This document shows, piece by piece, positions 1-9,592 of a stretch of 32,816 bases of DNA (its first letter is position 1; every line of letters starts with the position of its first letter). Made by a program: the position numbers and the translations under genes. The stretch lies in assembly GCA_041583395.1 (NCBI GenBank), contig JBFHFW010000001.1, positions 1-32,816 of the forward strand. Reading direction: 5' to 3'. The stretch comes from Alphaproteobacteria bacterium. Its GTDB lineage: Bacteria > Pseudomonadota > Alphaproteobacteria > Micavibrionales > Micavibrionaceae. The notes beneath the pieces are model-generated. The model saw only the letters and a program-made list of their open reading frames with translations. It did not search any database and was not told where the DNA came from.

Positions 1-38
1 AAAAATCCTTTGCAAACCTAGATTAGGCTTGCATTGCG

Positions 39-89
39 ATTCGCTTAAAAGTAAAATGGAGGTGTTAGATCGATTTGCTTTAAGCGAAT
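39..89. repeat. Perfect 11-bp inverted repeat ATTCGCTTAAA (39-49) / TTTAAGCGAAT (79-89) with a 29-nt spacer; function unknown
   Basis: The arms are exact reverse complements, read directly from the sequence. It lies in non-coding DNA just upstream of the terminator at 107-132. Confidence 0.6.
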
Positions 90-106
90 ATCTTAGATTT
101 TAAAAA

Positions 107-132
107 GCTGCCGCGCCAACGGTGGCTTTTTT
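107..132 (+). terminator. Rho-independent terminator, probably for a + strand gene lying upstream of the window
   Basis: Stem 107-113 (GCTGCCG) pairs with 120-126 (CGGTGGC): 7 bp including 2 G-U wobbles, with a 6-nt loop. A T6 run follows at 127-132. An A5 run at 102-106 precedes it, which gives a bidirectional look. Confidence 0.5.
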
Positions 133-352
133 CTTTATGTGACTATATAGAGGCCTAGGATGCTTCTCCTTAGAATAAAGGTTTAGAGAAAAACCGAATC
201 CCACTGGTGGACTCGATAGAAATAACCTACCAAAAAATCCCGCTTACTACAAGTTGATACATATAGACTTTACTTGAATACAGAATAGTCCACAAAGATA
301 TCACCCCATGATCATAATTTTTATTTATTTTCAACGATTTAATCAAACAGTG

Positions 353-415
353 CGTCCACTTTGGTTCACTTTCATCCCATTGAATACAATATAATCTCGT
401 CCACCTTGGTAAACT
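353..415 (+). repeat. Two 18-bp direct repeats, CGTCCACTTTGGTTCACT (353-370) and CGTCCACCTTGGTAAACT (398-415), 15/18 identical and 45 bp apart; candidate protein-binding sites
   Basis: Read directly. More GTCCAC cores occur at 288-293 and, inverted, at 207-212. TGGTTCAC recurs at 362-369 and 453-460. All lie in the AT-rich non-coding region upstream of the HTH gene at 538. Confidence 0.55.
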
Positions 416-537
416 TGGACTAAATTTTATTGTGATTAGGCTCAATTTTGTATGGTTCACTGCTTTATTTGGGGCTTCTTCGTTGTTATACTAGGGCGTA
501 CAGTTGAATACATCTGGAAAAAAACAAAGGTTCAATT

Positions 538-1116
538 ATGCTTGTCACAATGAAAGTTGCCGAACAACTCGTGCCGGTTAGCCGCACAACGCTTTACAAT
601 GATAAAAAGGCCGGCGCCTTTAGCACAGAAAAGAATGCCAAAGGCAGAACTGTTGTTGATACTGCCGAACTACACCGGGTTTATGGTGAGCTTAACACTC
701 CTGAAAATGAGTCCCGGAAGACCCAATCGGACAATATTTCAAACGAATCCAGACAAAATGATGCCCCGAGCACAGCTGAAATCTCCGCCCTGCGCGAGCA
801 AATTTTACTACTCGAAAAAACCAACCACCGCGAACGCGAAATTCTGGAATCACAAATAGAACACCTAAAAGAGACGCTGGCCAAAGCCCAAGAAGGCCAT
901 AACAAGGTCACCATGTTGCTTGAACACCACCAAAAAGCCGGGGCAGGGGAGATGGAAAAATCTCTTAAGGCTTTGGAAGAGCGCTTACTCAATCAAGAAA
1001 AGGCCGAACAAGCCCGGCAAGTGCGCGAACAAAAAATTCTGCGCCAGAACCAGGCACTCAAAAAAGCCTTACAAGAAGAAAAAAATAAAGGCTTTTTCAA
1101 AAAACTTTTCGGCTAA
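538..1116 (+). CDS. DNA-binding protein: N-terminal excisionase/AlpA-like helix-turn-helix plus a long C-terminal coiled coil
   Basis: 192-aa ORF with AAAGG 7 nt upstream of ATG538. The N-terminus (VSRTTLYNDKKAGAF...GRTVVDTAEL) resembles the HTH_17/excisionase type. The C-terminal ~120 aa are E/K/Q/L-rich, as in a coiled coil. Nested ORFs 557-859, 681-992 and 920-1195 are treated as shadows. Confidence 0.6.
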   Translation: MLVTMKVAEQLVPVSRTTLYNDKKAGAFSTEKNAKGRTVVDTAELHRVYGELNTPENESRKTQSDNISNESRQNDAPSTAEISALREQILLLEKTNHREREILESQIEHLKETLAKAQEGHNKVTMLLEHHQKAGAGEMEKSLKALEERLLNQEKAEQARQVREQKILRQNQALKKALQEEKNKGFFKKLFG

Positions 1117-1212
1117 ACAAAGCAGAGTAGGGGGGCTTTTTCCCTTGTGCTTGGCACATAAATTTGGGACTATCCCCCTGATTATAATATCGTAAGTACC
1201 AAAAGGATTTTC

Positions 1213-2205
1213 ATGGATCATTCACCTGTTTTAGTTACAGGCGCCGCCGGATTTATCGGCTTTCACACAGCCACGCGTCTTTTACAGGCCGGCCGGCGAG
1301 TGGTTGGCGTTGATAATCTTAATGATTATTATGATCCCGCACTAAAAGAAGCGCGTCTCCAACAGCTCCAGAATTTTGATGGGTTTACTTTTGTTAAGGC
1401 CGATATTTCGGACAAGGCTGCCATGGAAAAATTATGGGCAGAGCAGGGGTCTTTTCAGGAGGTTATCCATCTCGCGGCCCAAGCTGGTGTGCGCTATTCC
1501 CTCGAAAATCCTTATAGCTATGTGACCAGTAACTGCATGGGGCACCTGACAATTATGGAGATGTGCCGCCACACGGAAGGCTTTAAACATCTGGTGTATG
1601 CGAGCTCTTCATCCGTATATGGTGGCAATAAGAAGCTGCCTTACGCCGTAGAAGATCCGGTTGAAAAACCCATTTCCCTTTATGCCGCGACCAAGCGTGC
1701 CGATGAATTGATGAGCTACACCTACAGCCACCTTTATAATATACCGCAAACGGGACTGCGCTTTTTCACGGTCTATGGCCCATGGGGGCGGCCTGATATG
1801 GCGCTCTTTATTTTCACCAAAGCCATTTTGGAAGGCAAACCTATCCCTGTTTTCAACAACGGAGAGATGAAGCGGGACTTTACTTACGTTGATGACATCG
1901 TCACAGGCATATTGGGCGCGCTTGATCATCCGCCCGAACGTCAAGGAGATGAAGCGCCTGCACGTGTTTTAAATATCGGCAATCACCGCAGTGAAAAATT
2001 AATGGATTTTGTGCGCTTAATTGAACAAGAGCTTGGTAAAAAAGCCAATATTGACTTCCAACCCTTGCAGCCCGGCGACGTTCCAGAAACATTTGCCGAT
2101 ATCAGCGCGATCCAGAAACTCACAGGCTACGCCCCCACAACCACCATCCGCGAAGGTATCCCGCGCTTTATCGCGTGGTATAAAAATCACTACGGTACAA
2201 AATAA
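1213..2205 (+). CDS. NAD-dependent nucleotide-sugar epimerase, UDP-glucuronate 4-epimerase-like (LpsL/Cap1J type)
   Basis: AAAGGA lies 5 nt upstream of the ATG. Motifs seen: Rossmann VTGAAGFIGFH, the family-typical VDNLNDYYDPALKEARL, and catalytic YAATK (YxxxK). Confidence 0.8.
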   Translation: MDHSPVLVTGAAGFIGFHTATRLLQAGRRVVGVDNLNDYYDPALKEARLQQLQNFDGFTFVKADISDKAAMEKLWAEQGSFQEVIHLAAQAGVRYSLENPYSYVTSNCMGHLTIMEMCRHTEGFKHLVYASSSSVYGGNKKLPYAVEDPVEKPISLYAATKRADELMSYTYSHLYNIPQTGLRFFTVYGPWGRPDMALFIFTKAILEGKPIPVFNNGEMKRDFTYVDDIVTGILGALDHPPERQGDEAPARVLNIGNHRSEKLMDFVRLIEQELGKKANIDFQPLQPGDVPETFADISAIQKLTGYAPTTTIREGIPRFIAWYKNHYGTK

Positions 2206-2316
2206 AGTGCCTGATGTGTTTGAATTTAGGGATCATCCCTTTTTTGTGTTGCGTAGCTCTTGCAACTCATACCATGGGCATCTATAACCAAACACATGAA
2301 TTATGTGTTAAAAGAC

Positions 2317-3597
2317 ATGAAAATTGCTGTCGTCGGGCTTGGCTATGTTGGTATGCCATTGGCCGTGGCTTTGGCAAAATATGGCTCTGTCGTCGGATAT
2401 GATGTCAATACGCAGCGCGTTGCGGATCTGCGCGAGGGCAGGGACAGCAACCGCGAAATTTCACAAGCTGTTTTACGCGCCACGACATGTCAATTTACAG
2501 ACCAACTGGACGCGATTGCAGATGCAGATATTTATATCATCACAGTTCCCACACCAATTGATGAACACAATAATCCGGATCTAGGGATCGTTGAAAAAGC
2601 ATCTGCCGCGATTGGTGGGTTGTTGAAAAAAGGCAATATCGTTGTTTATGAAAGCACTGTTTATCCCGGCGTGACCGAGGATATCTGCGGCCCCATATTA
2701 GAAAAAGCCAGCGGTCTGAAAAGCGGTAAGGATTTTATACTTGGCTATTCACCTGAACGCATTAACCCGGGCGATCAGGAACATACCGTTGAGAATATTA
2801 CCAAAGTTGTTGCCGCACAAACCGATTCTGCCGCCGATCTACTCGTTGAGCTTTATGGCCAAATGAATAACGGCAATATTTTCAAAGCCCGAAACATCAA
2901 AACTGCCGAGGCCTCCAAAGCCATTGAAAATGCGCAGCGTGATATCAATATCGCCTTTATGAACGAGATCACGATGGTTCTCAATAAAATGGGGATTTCA
3001 TCTTATGATGTGATTGAAGCTGCCCGTACGAAATGGAACTTCCTGCCCTTTACGCCGGGGCTTGTCGGGGGACATTGCATTGGTGTTGATCCTTATTATC
3101 TGGCCAAGAGCGCGCAGGATATAGGTCATGAGCCTGACGTTATTTTGGCAGGCCGTAAAATCAATGACAGCATGGGTGCATATGTTGCCCGGCAAATAGA
3201 TTATTTTCTAAACCGTGAAAAACATGAAAATGCCCGAATTTTGATCCTTGGATTTACATTTAAAGAAAATATCAATGATGTGCGCAATACCAAAGTTGTA
3301 GATATTATCAACGAACTCAACACCTTAGGGTATCGAATTGATGTTCATGATCCACACGCCATACCCGAAGAAGTCGAACATGAATACGGCATCAATATTC
3401 TGACCTCATTGCCACAAAACCAGTCTTATGATTGTGTTGCCTTGGCGGTATCACATAAAACATATGTCGATATGACGATGACTAATATTGCATCATTGAT
3501 CCCTGCAAAACCGAAGAAACGCACAATTATCTACGATATTAAAGGCGCATGGAAACATCTCGATATACCGGCAAACATCGTTTATGAAACACTCTGA
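2317..3597 (+). CDS. Nucleotide-sugar 6-dehydrogenase (UDP-GlcNAc/UDP-GalNAc/UDP-ManNAc dehydrogenase class, TviB/WbpO/Cap5O-like)
   Basis: Motifs seen: MKIAVVGLGYVGMPLA NAD fold and catalytic-Cys GGHCIGVDPYYL. The product is ~426 aa from ATG2317. The start is ambiguous: the ORF is open from TTG2260 and there is an ATG at 2296. Confidence 0.8.
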   Translation: MKIAVVGLGYVGMPLAVALAKYGSVVGYDVNTQRVADLREGRDSNREISQAVLRATTCQFTDQLDAIADADIYIITVPTPIDEHNNPDLGIVEKASAAIGGLLKKGNIVVYESTVYPGVTEDICGPILEKASGLKSGKDFILGYSPERINPGDQEHTVENITKVVAAQTDSAADLLVELYGQMNNGNIFKARNIKTAEASKAIENAQRDINIAFMNEITMVLNKMGISSYDVIEAARTKWNFLPFTPGLVGGHCIGVDPYYLAKSAQDIGHEPDVILAGRKINDSMGAYVARQIDYFLNREKHENARILILGFTFKENINDVRNTKVVDIINELNTLGYRIDVHDPHAIPEEVEHEYGINILTSLPQNQSYDCVALAVSHKTYVDMTMTNIASLIPAKPKKRTIIYDIKGAWKHLDIPANIVYETL

Positions 3598-4696
3598 TCG
3601 TACCAAGGTTCTCTTTATGCTGCCGGCTCTGTGTGCCGGTGGAGCCGAGCGTATCCTGATCACCTTGATGAATAATCTGGATCGTGAACGCTTTGAGCCT
3701 TTGTTCCTGACGTTGAACGATAAAGGGCCGGTCAAGGAATGGATTGATCCGCAAATTCCGTTTTATTCTTTCAAAAACCGCACTATCAAAAGCAGTGTTT
3801 TTAAGCTTATTGCTTTTATTCGCGAGCATAAGCCTGATGTGATTTTCACCACGATGGTGCATTGCAATGGTTTGGCATTGCTGATGAAAATCTTTTTCCC
3901 GCATATCCGTGTGATTGTGCGCGAGGCCGCTTTGCCGAGTGTCATTATCAAAGAATATGGTTTGAAGGGGCGATTATGTTATCTGATTTACAAATTTTTG
4001 TATCCTAAGGCGGATATCGTGATCAGTAATTGCTCGCAGGTCATAGCGGAGTTCGAGAACAAAATTAAAATTCCCATCCGTAACCACCAAATTTTATTTA
4101 ACCCCGTAGATACGCAGCGCATTTATCAAACATTGCCTGATACGCTGGAAAGCTTTGAGGGGCGTGAGACAACAGCGTATTTCGTGTGTGTTGGTCGCCT
4201 GTCGTATGAGAAGGGCTATGACCGCTTGATTGAGGCCTTGGCGACAACACCGCCTGAGGAGCCTTGGCGACTTGACTTCATCGGGGAAGGGGATTTCCGC
4301 TCTACGCTCGAAGCGCTGATTGATCAGCATAATTTGAATGATCACGTGTTTTTGCGCGGTTATCACTCCAATCCCTGGCAGATTGCTACACAGGCCGATT
4401 GTTTGCTTTTGCCATCACGTTGGGAAGGGATGCCCAATGTTGTTCTTGAAGGCTTTGCGTGTGGTGTCCCGGCCATTGCGATGCGTGAGGCTGGCGGGAT
4501 TGTTGATATCGGTAAACATGCAAAATCTGAGTACTTATGCATTGTCGATACAATGGATGATTTTCTAAAATCTATGGGCAAGATCGCTATAAAGCCTAAA
4601 GCCCAAAAGGCAGAGTCTTTATTGCCTTCATGTTTTTTATTGCCGCATATTATTCAGCAGCTTGATTTATTGCTTACTGAAACCAGCAGCCGATAA
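3584..4696 (+). CDS. Glycosyltransferase family 4 (GT-B, Glycos_transf_1)
   Basis: N-terminal KVLFMLPALCAGGAERIL and C-terminal EGMPNVVLEGFACGVPAIA (E-x7-E). It overlaps the upstream gene by 14 nt, consistent with translational coupling. Confidence 0.8.
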   Translation: MKHSDRTKVLFMLPALCAGGAERILITLMNNLDRERFEPLFLTLNDKGPVKEWIDPQIPFYSFKNRTIKSSVFKLIAFIREHKPDVIFTTMVHCNGLALLMKIFFPHIRVIVREAALPSVIIKEYGLKGRLCYLIYKFLYPKADIVISNCSQVIAEFENKIKIPIRNHQILFNPVDTQRIYQTLPDTLESFEGRETTAYFVCVGRLSYEKGYDRLIEALATTPPEEPWRLDFIGEGDFRSTLEALIDQHNLNDHVFLRGYHSNPWQIATQADCLLLPSRWEGMPNVVLEGFACGVPAIAMREAGGIVDIGKHAKSEYLCIVDTMDDFLKSMGKIAIKPKAQKAESLLPSCFLLPHIIQQLDLLLTETSSR

Positions 4697-5842
4697 AATT
4701 GCGCGTGCGCGTGATGTCCAAGTGTATTTGGCCAAGAACTCGTTGCGTGTTGTCATGGATAAATCTTTTTTCAGTGTTTGATTTTCGCCTAAACTTTTGA
4801 GGGCGTTAATCCAGTCCTGAGGGCTATCAGGTTCGACCAAGAGCGCGTTTTTTTGATCTGTTAGAACCTCTCGTAAAACGGGGAGGTCAGAACATATAAT
4901 AGGCAACCCCCAAGCCATATATTCAAAGATTTTCAAGGGCGACATATATTGCGATGTGTCGCCGACATTGCCATGTACCGCCACTTTTTTCTGATAAGGG
5001 GCGAGAACCACGTCGAATGTTTTGTAGAACTCTGTGAGCTCTTCATAGGGGCGATGGCCGTGATAAATCATATTATCAGGGCTTAGTGCTTTAAGTTCCT
5101 CGACCAAATCTGCGCGCCCCCCAACAATGTGGAAGCGATAGGCAGGCAGAGCTTTGGCCATTTCAATGATGATATCAATCCCGCGCCCTTGATAAACGTG
5201 CCCAACATAGCCAATATTTTGGACGGGACGATCTAAAACGCTCTTTATAGCATTATCGGCGTTTACAGGGTTTTCTGCGGCGTCATGGGCAACGATTATT
5301 TTGTCCTCAATGTCAGGGAAGGCCTGCAGGTAAATCTCTTTTAATTTATCGGAGATAACAACGATCCCCATGCATTGGGGCGATGCAAAAAGGCTCTTCT
5401 CAATCGCGCGATGAATGAATGATTGTGGCGGGCTGTGCGTTTCATAGATAAAAGGCACATTTTTTCTTAAGGCGTGCAGCCAATACATATTTCGTGCAAA
5501 TGCGATATCTGCTTCGGTTTTGACTTGTGGTTTCAGGGCAATGTGGCCATATATCAAACTTATTAGCCCACCAATTTTGAAGACAGGTAGATGCTTTTTG
5601 AGGTTCATTAAAATACGGCAGAGCCATAAATGTGCCTGATCATGGCGTTTGAGTTGAAAATGGCGAGCGGGGTCTATGCCGTAGTAATGAAATACAGCTT
5701 CATCCGATTCCCCTTCGCCTTTGAGACCATGCAAAGTGACTTGATGGCCTAACTCTGTAAGGGATTCAGCCATTTTCATGACATGTACCGCATTGGCGCT
5801 ATCCGATATCAGTGTTGAACTAGCAAGATAGTGAATGCGCAC
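4667..5842 (-). CDS. Glycosyltransferase family 4
   Basis: GTG start, with GAGG 12 nt upstream. N-terminal MRIHYLASS...ANAVHVMKMAESL and C-terminal PLKIFEYMAWGLPIICSD. It is the last gene of the minus-strand unit 9592-4667. Confidence 0.75.
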   Translation of the reverse strand: MRIHYLASSTLISDSANAVHVMKMAESLTELGHQVTLHGLKGEGESDEAVFHYYGIDPARHFQLKRHDQAHLWLCRILMNLKKHLPVFKIGGLISLIYGHIALKPQVKTEADIAFARNMYWLHALRKNVPFIYETHSPPQSFIHRAIEKSLFASPQCMGIVVISDKLKEIYLQAFPDIEDKIIVAHDAAENPVNADNAIKSVLDRPVQNIGYVGHVYQGRGIDIIIEMAKALPAYRFHIVGGRADLVEELKALSPDNMIYHGHRPYEELTEFYKTFDVVLAPYQKKVAVHGNVGDTSQYMSPLKIFEYMAWGLPIICSDLPVLREVLTDQKNALLVEPDSPQDWINALKSLGENQTLKKDLSMTTRNEFLAKYTWTSRARAILSAAGFSKQ

Positions 5843-5861
5843 GATATGAACCCGCCTCAGA

Positions 5862-7022
5862 TTAATAAGTGAGACGCTTATGCGTTTTTGGTGTCGTTTT
5901 TACAAGTATTTCTGCGGCTTTTTCTCCGGACATTCCGTCACCATATATGTGGGAGCTTTCATAAAGGCCATGCTCCAAATGTTTTTTTATAGCCTGTACA
6001 ATTTCATCACGCTTGTAATCAACATCAATCACATTTGGTCCGCGCTCGCGATCTGATTGACGGGAGCCAATATTTACAACCGGAACCCCTAGATAGGAGC
6101 TTTCCCGAATGCCCACACTGGAATTACCAATTAAGCATTTAGAACGGTAGAGCATGCGCAAAAAGTCGCCGGGGCGAATATTTTTAAAGAAATAAAACTG
6201 ATGGGGTTTTTCAAGTTCCCGAAAAATACGGATACCCTCGGCGGTGCCTTCTGTCCCTGAATCTGGATTAGGCCACATTACAATTGTTGGCATATTCAAG
6301 GATTTCACCGCATGCAGTGTTTCCATCATATGATCTCTAGATTTCCCGAACTCGGTTGTCACGGGGTGCTGCATCACGACCAGATAGGATTTTGAGGGAT
6401 CAATTTCTTCACCGACACCAACATATTTTGCAAAAGGCGTAAAGCTCTCGAGTGCTTCTTTCTCGTCCAAAACCTCTTTGGCGATATCAATTGATGGGCA
6501 CCCGACATTATAGATCACATCAGGATTTTCACCCAATTTACGCACGCGTTCGGCAGCGCGCTCGGTGCAGACCAAATGTAAATCAGCCATTTTTGTGATG
6601 GCATGGCGTACTTTTTCATCAATATTGCCGGTGACTTCACCGCCCTGCAGATGCACAAGTGGGATGTTGGCGTAAGTTGCAGCAATTGCCGTTGAAATGG
6701 TTTCATAGCGATCCGCAATTGTCACAACCATATCTGGCTGCAGGTTTTGGAAAGCTGTTGAAAGCTCGATTGTTTGAAGACCCGTTGATTTGCCGGACGT
6801 AAAAAGGCTATCGGCCTCAAGCAGGGTATTTAAAACCCAATCAGGCTTAAACCCGTCTTCTTGCAAAACTTTAACTGCCTCGCCGAACTTATTGGAAATA
6901 AAAGATGCAGCTGCAATAATTTGCACCTGCACATTTTCATACTCACTCAATGCTTTTAATAAGCTACGGACACGCGAATAACTGGGGCGCGCAGTGATGA
7001 CAACGCATATTTTCTTTTTCAT
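5862..7022 (-). CDS. neuC: UDP-N-acetylglucosamine (or UDP/GDP-diNAc-bacillosamine) 2-epimerase, hydrolysing, NeuC/LegG family
   Basis: Epimerase_2 fold. Motifs seen: KICVVITARPSYSRV, HLQGGEVTGNIDEKVRHAITKMADLH and GNSSVGIRESSYLGVPVVNIG, as in hydrolysing NeuC-type enzymes. Confidence 0.8.
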   Translation of the reverse strand: MKKKICVVITARPSYSRVRSLLKALSEYENVQVQIIAAASFISNKFGEAVKVLQEDGFKPDWVLNTLLEADSLFTSGKSTGLQTIELSTAFQNLQPDMVVTIADRYETISTAIAATYANIPLVHLQGGEVTGNIDEKVRHAITKMADLHLVCTERAAERVRKLGENPDVIYNVGCPSIDIAKEVLDEKEALESFTPFAKYVGVGEEIDPSKSYLVVMQHPVTTEFGKSRDHMMETLHAVKSLNMPTIVMWPNPDSGTEGTAEGIRIFRELEKPHQFYFFKNIRPGDFLRMLYRSKCLIGNSSVGIRESSYLGVPVVNIGSRQSDRERGPNVIDVDYKRDEIVQAIKKHLEHGLYESSHIYGDGMSGEKAAEILVKTTPKTHKRLTY

Positions 7023-7037
7023 GGGGATATCATAACT

Positions 7038-8492
7038 TTATTTTCGAGTTTGAACAGTTTTTTTTACCCCCACCAATCCGGCAAGACACCTGGCAGCCTC
7101 CGAAGCGGAAGATCCTCTATTCAAAGGCGCTTCCTGATCTACAAGCTGTTGTCTTTGTTTTGATTTTTCTGCAGGGTTTTGAAGTGCCATAGCAATCGTC
7201 TTCTCCAAATCAGCGGGATCTTGAACACGGTCAATGGCACCTGTGCGGTAAAGGCGTAAAAGATGCTCCGTTTTATAATCGGCAATCTCTAGGTCGTATT
7301 TATCCGTCTGCCGACGGCCGAATTCAATATTAAGCGCAGGCTTATCGAATATACAGGCCTCGATCATCTGGGAAGAAACTTGAGATAACGAAACATCGCA
7401 TTGATACAAACATTCCGTCATATAATCATGATCTTCGTCATTTGGAACAAAGTTCTTGCCATCAAAATCAACTTTTGGGCACAAGATGCTGATATATTTA
7501 CTATTTTTATATTTACGGAGAAGTCTTTCAATTTCATCCTTTTTACGTTTTCCCTCGCCACTCTTTGTAATCGGGGATAAATACTGCGGATACATACGAA
7601 AAACAATATGTATCGTATCGGAAAACGGCTGCACCTCCGCTAAATCAAAAACCTTAGGAATTACAATCATATTTGCGGGGTGATTACCAAATCCACCACA
7701 TGCAAAAAACAAAATTTTTGAGTCTTTTTGAATACCTAGATCCTTACGCCATTCTTCGGATCGCTTTTGGTCTAGCGTTTTAAAATGTTTATCCCATAAC
7801 GGAGAGCCAACAACATGCACCCGATCAGGAGCAAACCCAAGATTAACAATAGACTCTTCGGCCATAATATTATTCCAGACCAATGCGTGATCGGGGCGAA
7901 CCGTTGGATAACCTTTATTGGATGTGCGATCCCAGCTTTGTACGAGTACTGCCGAGGGGATGTTATTGATACGTGCTTCTTTTAGAAAAGCTGCATCCTC
8001 GACACTCAGGCCAAATGAGCACCCGATCATCAAGTCGGGTTTTTCTTTTTGCAATAAATCGTCATGAAAACGCGCGGGAAGAACGCTTTGGTAGAGCCAC
8101 ACACTCATATTTAAAAGCCATGAAAAGCGTGATGCCAAACGGCTAAGACCGACAACGATTTTTTCTTTAAGCGCAGAACTCGAGCGATAATATTGCCTGT
8201 GAAACTCTGCCGTTGCGTTTGGGCGCTTATCTGTATTGGGAAATGCCAGATATAACACATCACCCCAGAAATTAAGCCACACACGCCTGAAAGGTGATGC
8301 CGGCGCTGTATAATTTGAAATAGCAATTTTGATTTTTTTGTTTTTTTCTAAAACCGGCTGAAAGCTTTTGGCCAAGTCCTCAGGCAAAAGAAGCGCAACT
8401 TCTCCGTGCTCGGTCAAATGATCGAGTATGCCGGTTGCAACGATAAAACGGAGTTCAAAAAAGCGATGGCAAAAAAATAAAAATTTCGGCAT
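7038..8492 (-). CDS. Hypothetical protein, GT-B-like fold suspected; candidate non-canonical glycosyl or nonulosonate transferase
   Basis: 484-aa ORF packed into the operon with gaps of 14-15 nt. Segments such as DRVHVVGSPLWDKHF and KILFFACGGFG recall the C-terminal half of GT-B/2-epimerase/TagF-like proteins. I recognise no diagnostic family motif. Confidence 0.45.
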   Translation of the reverse strand: MPKFLFFCHRFFELRFIVATGILDHLTEHGEVALLLPEDLAKSFQPVLEKNKKIKIAISNYTAPASPFRRVWLNFWGDVLYLAFPNTDKRPNATAEFHRQYYRSSSALKEKIVVGLSRLASRFSWLLNMSVWLYQSVLPARFHDDLLQKEKPDLMIGCSFGLSVEDAAFLKEARINNIPSAVLVQSWDRTSNKGYPTVRPDHALVWNNIMAEESIVNLGFAPDRVHVVGSPLWDKHFKTLDQKRSEEWRKDLGIQKDSKILFFACGGFGNHPANMIVIPKVFDLAEVQPFSDTIHIVFRMYPQYLSPITKSGEGKRKKDEIERLLRKYKNSKYISILCPKVDFDGKNFVPNDEDHDYMTECLYQCDVSLSQVSSQMIEACIFDKPALNIEFGRRQTDKYDLEIADYKTEHLLRLYRTGAIDRVQDPADLEKTIAMALQNPAEKSKQRQQLVDQEAPLNRGSSASEAARCLAGLVGVKKTVQTRK

Positions 8493-8506
8493 TGAGCGGC
8501 TCTGGG

Positions 8507-9592
8507 CTATTTTCTGAAGACGCCAATTAAACGACTGCCCATCATACGGTCATGCAAATATTGTGGTGTGATAAAGTCAAAATTCCCATCAGGATCGCCA
8601 TAGCCACTATAAGGCCAGCGGCCATTCATATAGCTTTTGACATTTTCAATTTCCGAAATTGACGTTTCCATCAGCGCCGTTTCAAAACCTGCATCTTCCA
8701 TCAGTTTTCCAAGACTCTGCGGTGAGAAATGTGCCACATGTTTCCAGTTAAATGTTGCTGACTTTTCACGAATTAAGCGCGTTGCCAGTGATTGCACGTT
8801 AGGTACCATGATGAATAACAAACCGTCTTTTTTCAAAAGTGAGTGAATTTGTCGGACGATTGCTTTTAAATCATATAAATGTTCCAAAACGTTCCATAGC
8901 GTAATGGCGCTGTAATCCTCACCAATGGCTTGTTTATCAAGCTCTTCAAAACTGGAGTAAATGAAGCGCACGCCGTCATCATTGGCACCGTGGAAATCCT
9001 TAAAGGTCGGGTTGGCATCAACGCCGATGCACTCTTTCCAACCGTGCTTAGCGGCTGTAGCTAAAAACTTGCCGGAGCCGCAGCCCAAATCCATGATCTT
9101 TCCTTGGTCAGGAACACCTAACTTATCCAATAGCATCAATCCATATTGGGATTTAACGATATCGATATTGACCTGAGATTCAGAGACATAAATCTGGTGA
9201 GCCGTTTGATCTTGTGCGTAGAGGCTAACGAGCTTATCGAACTTAATCCGTGGGTGCATGTAGTGATGCGTACAGTCTTCACAGCGGTAAATATCAAGGG
9301 CAAAGCGTGTCAGGAAGAAGCTGCGTTCCTGGCTTCCGCAAATCGGGCACTCATTGACATCTTCCCAAAACTCGGCAATGCGCTCATAGGCTTCCTCATG
9401 GGTTTGTTTGACGACTAGTTCTTGTTCTTTGTGCATTTTACCATCTGCAGGGCCATCTTTTTTGGCCGTGCTCCGGTTGGTAGAGGTATGGAATTTCTTA
9501 CTGCCATAAACCAAATGGCCGTCGAACTGATTTTTGGCCTCAAGCCTTGAGAGACTGTCATTCAGATCGAAATCTTTTATTGTTTTTTCCAT
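8507..9592 (-). CDS. Class I SAM-dependent methyltransferase with N-terminal Zn-ribbon
   Basis: CPICGS...CEDCTH ribbon, motif I IMDLGCGSGKF, then ITLWNVLEHLYDL and LKKDGLLFIMVPN. ATG9592 (MEKTIKDF) is chosen. The 424-aa track ORF running to 9781 would overlap the divergent gene that starts at 9678. Confidence 0.75.
   Translation of the reverse strand: MEKTIKDFDLNDSLSRLEAKNQFDGHLVYGSKKFHTSTNRSTAKKDGPADGKMHKEQELVVKQTHEEAYERIAEFWEDVNECPICGSQERSFFLTRFALDIYRCEDCTHHYMHPRIKFDKLVSLYAQDQTAHQIYVSESQVNIDIVKSQYGLMLLDKLGVPDQGKIMDLGCGSGKFLATAAKHGWKECIGVDANPTFKDFHGANDDGVRFIYSSFEELDKQAIGEDYSAITLWNVLEHLYDLKAIVRQIHSLLKKDGLLFIMVPNVQSLATRLIREKSATFNWKHVAHFSPQSLGKLMEDAGFETALMETSISEIENVKSYMNGRWPYSGYGDPDGNFDFITPQYLHDRMMGSRLIGVFRK

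Noticed and set aside
227-460. 77-aa minus-strand ORF from the track
   Set aside because: It is AT-rich, with no RBS, an odd composition and no recognisable motif. It coincides with the repeat-bearing non-coding region, so it is more likely regulatory DNA than a gene.
1152-1188. Sigma54-like TGGCAC-N5-TTTGG and a TGaTTATAA extended -10 upstream of the epimerase gene
   Set aside because: The -12 element lacks the GC of the TTGC consensus, and the -10 has no acceptable -35 at 16-18 nt. It is too weak to call.
2229-2245. GGGA-tca-TCCC hairpin followed by T6 between the epimerase and dehydrogenase genes
   Set aside because: The stem is only 4 bp. At best it is a weak attenuator, and I cannot support it as a terminator.
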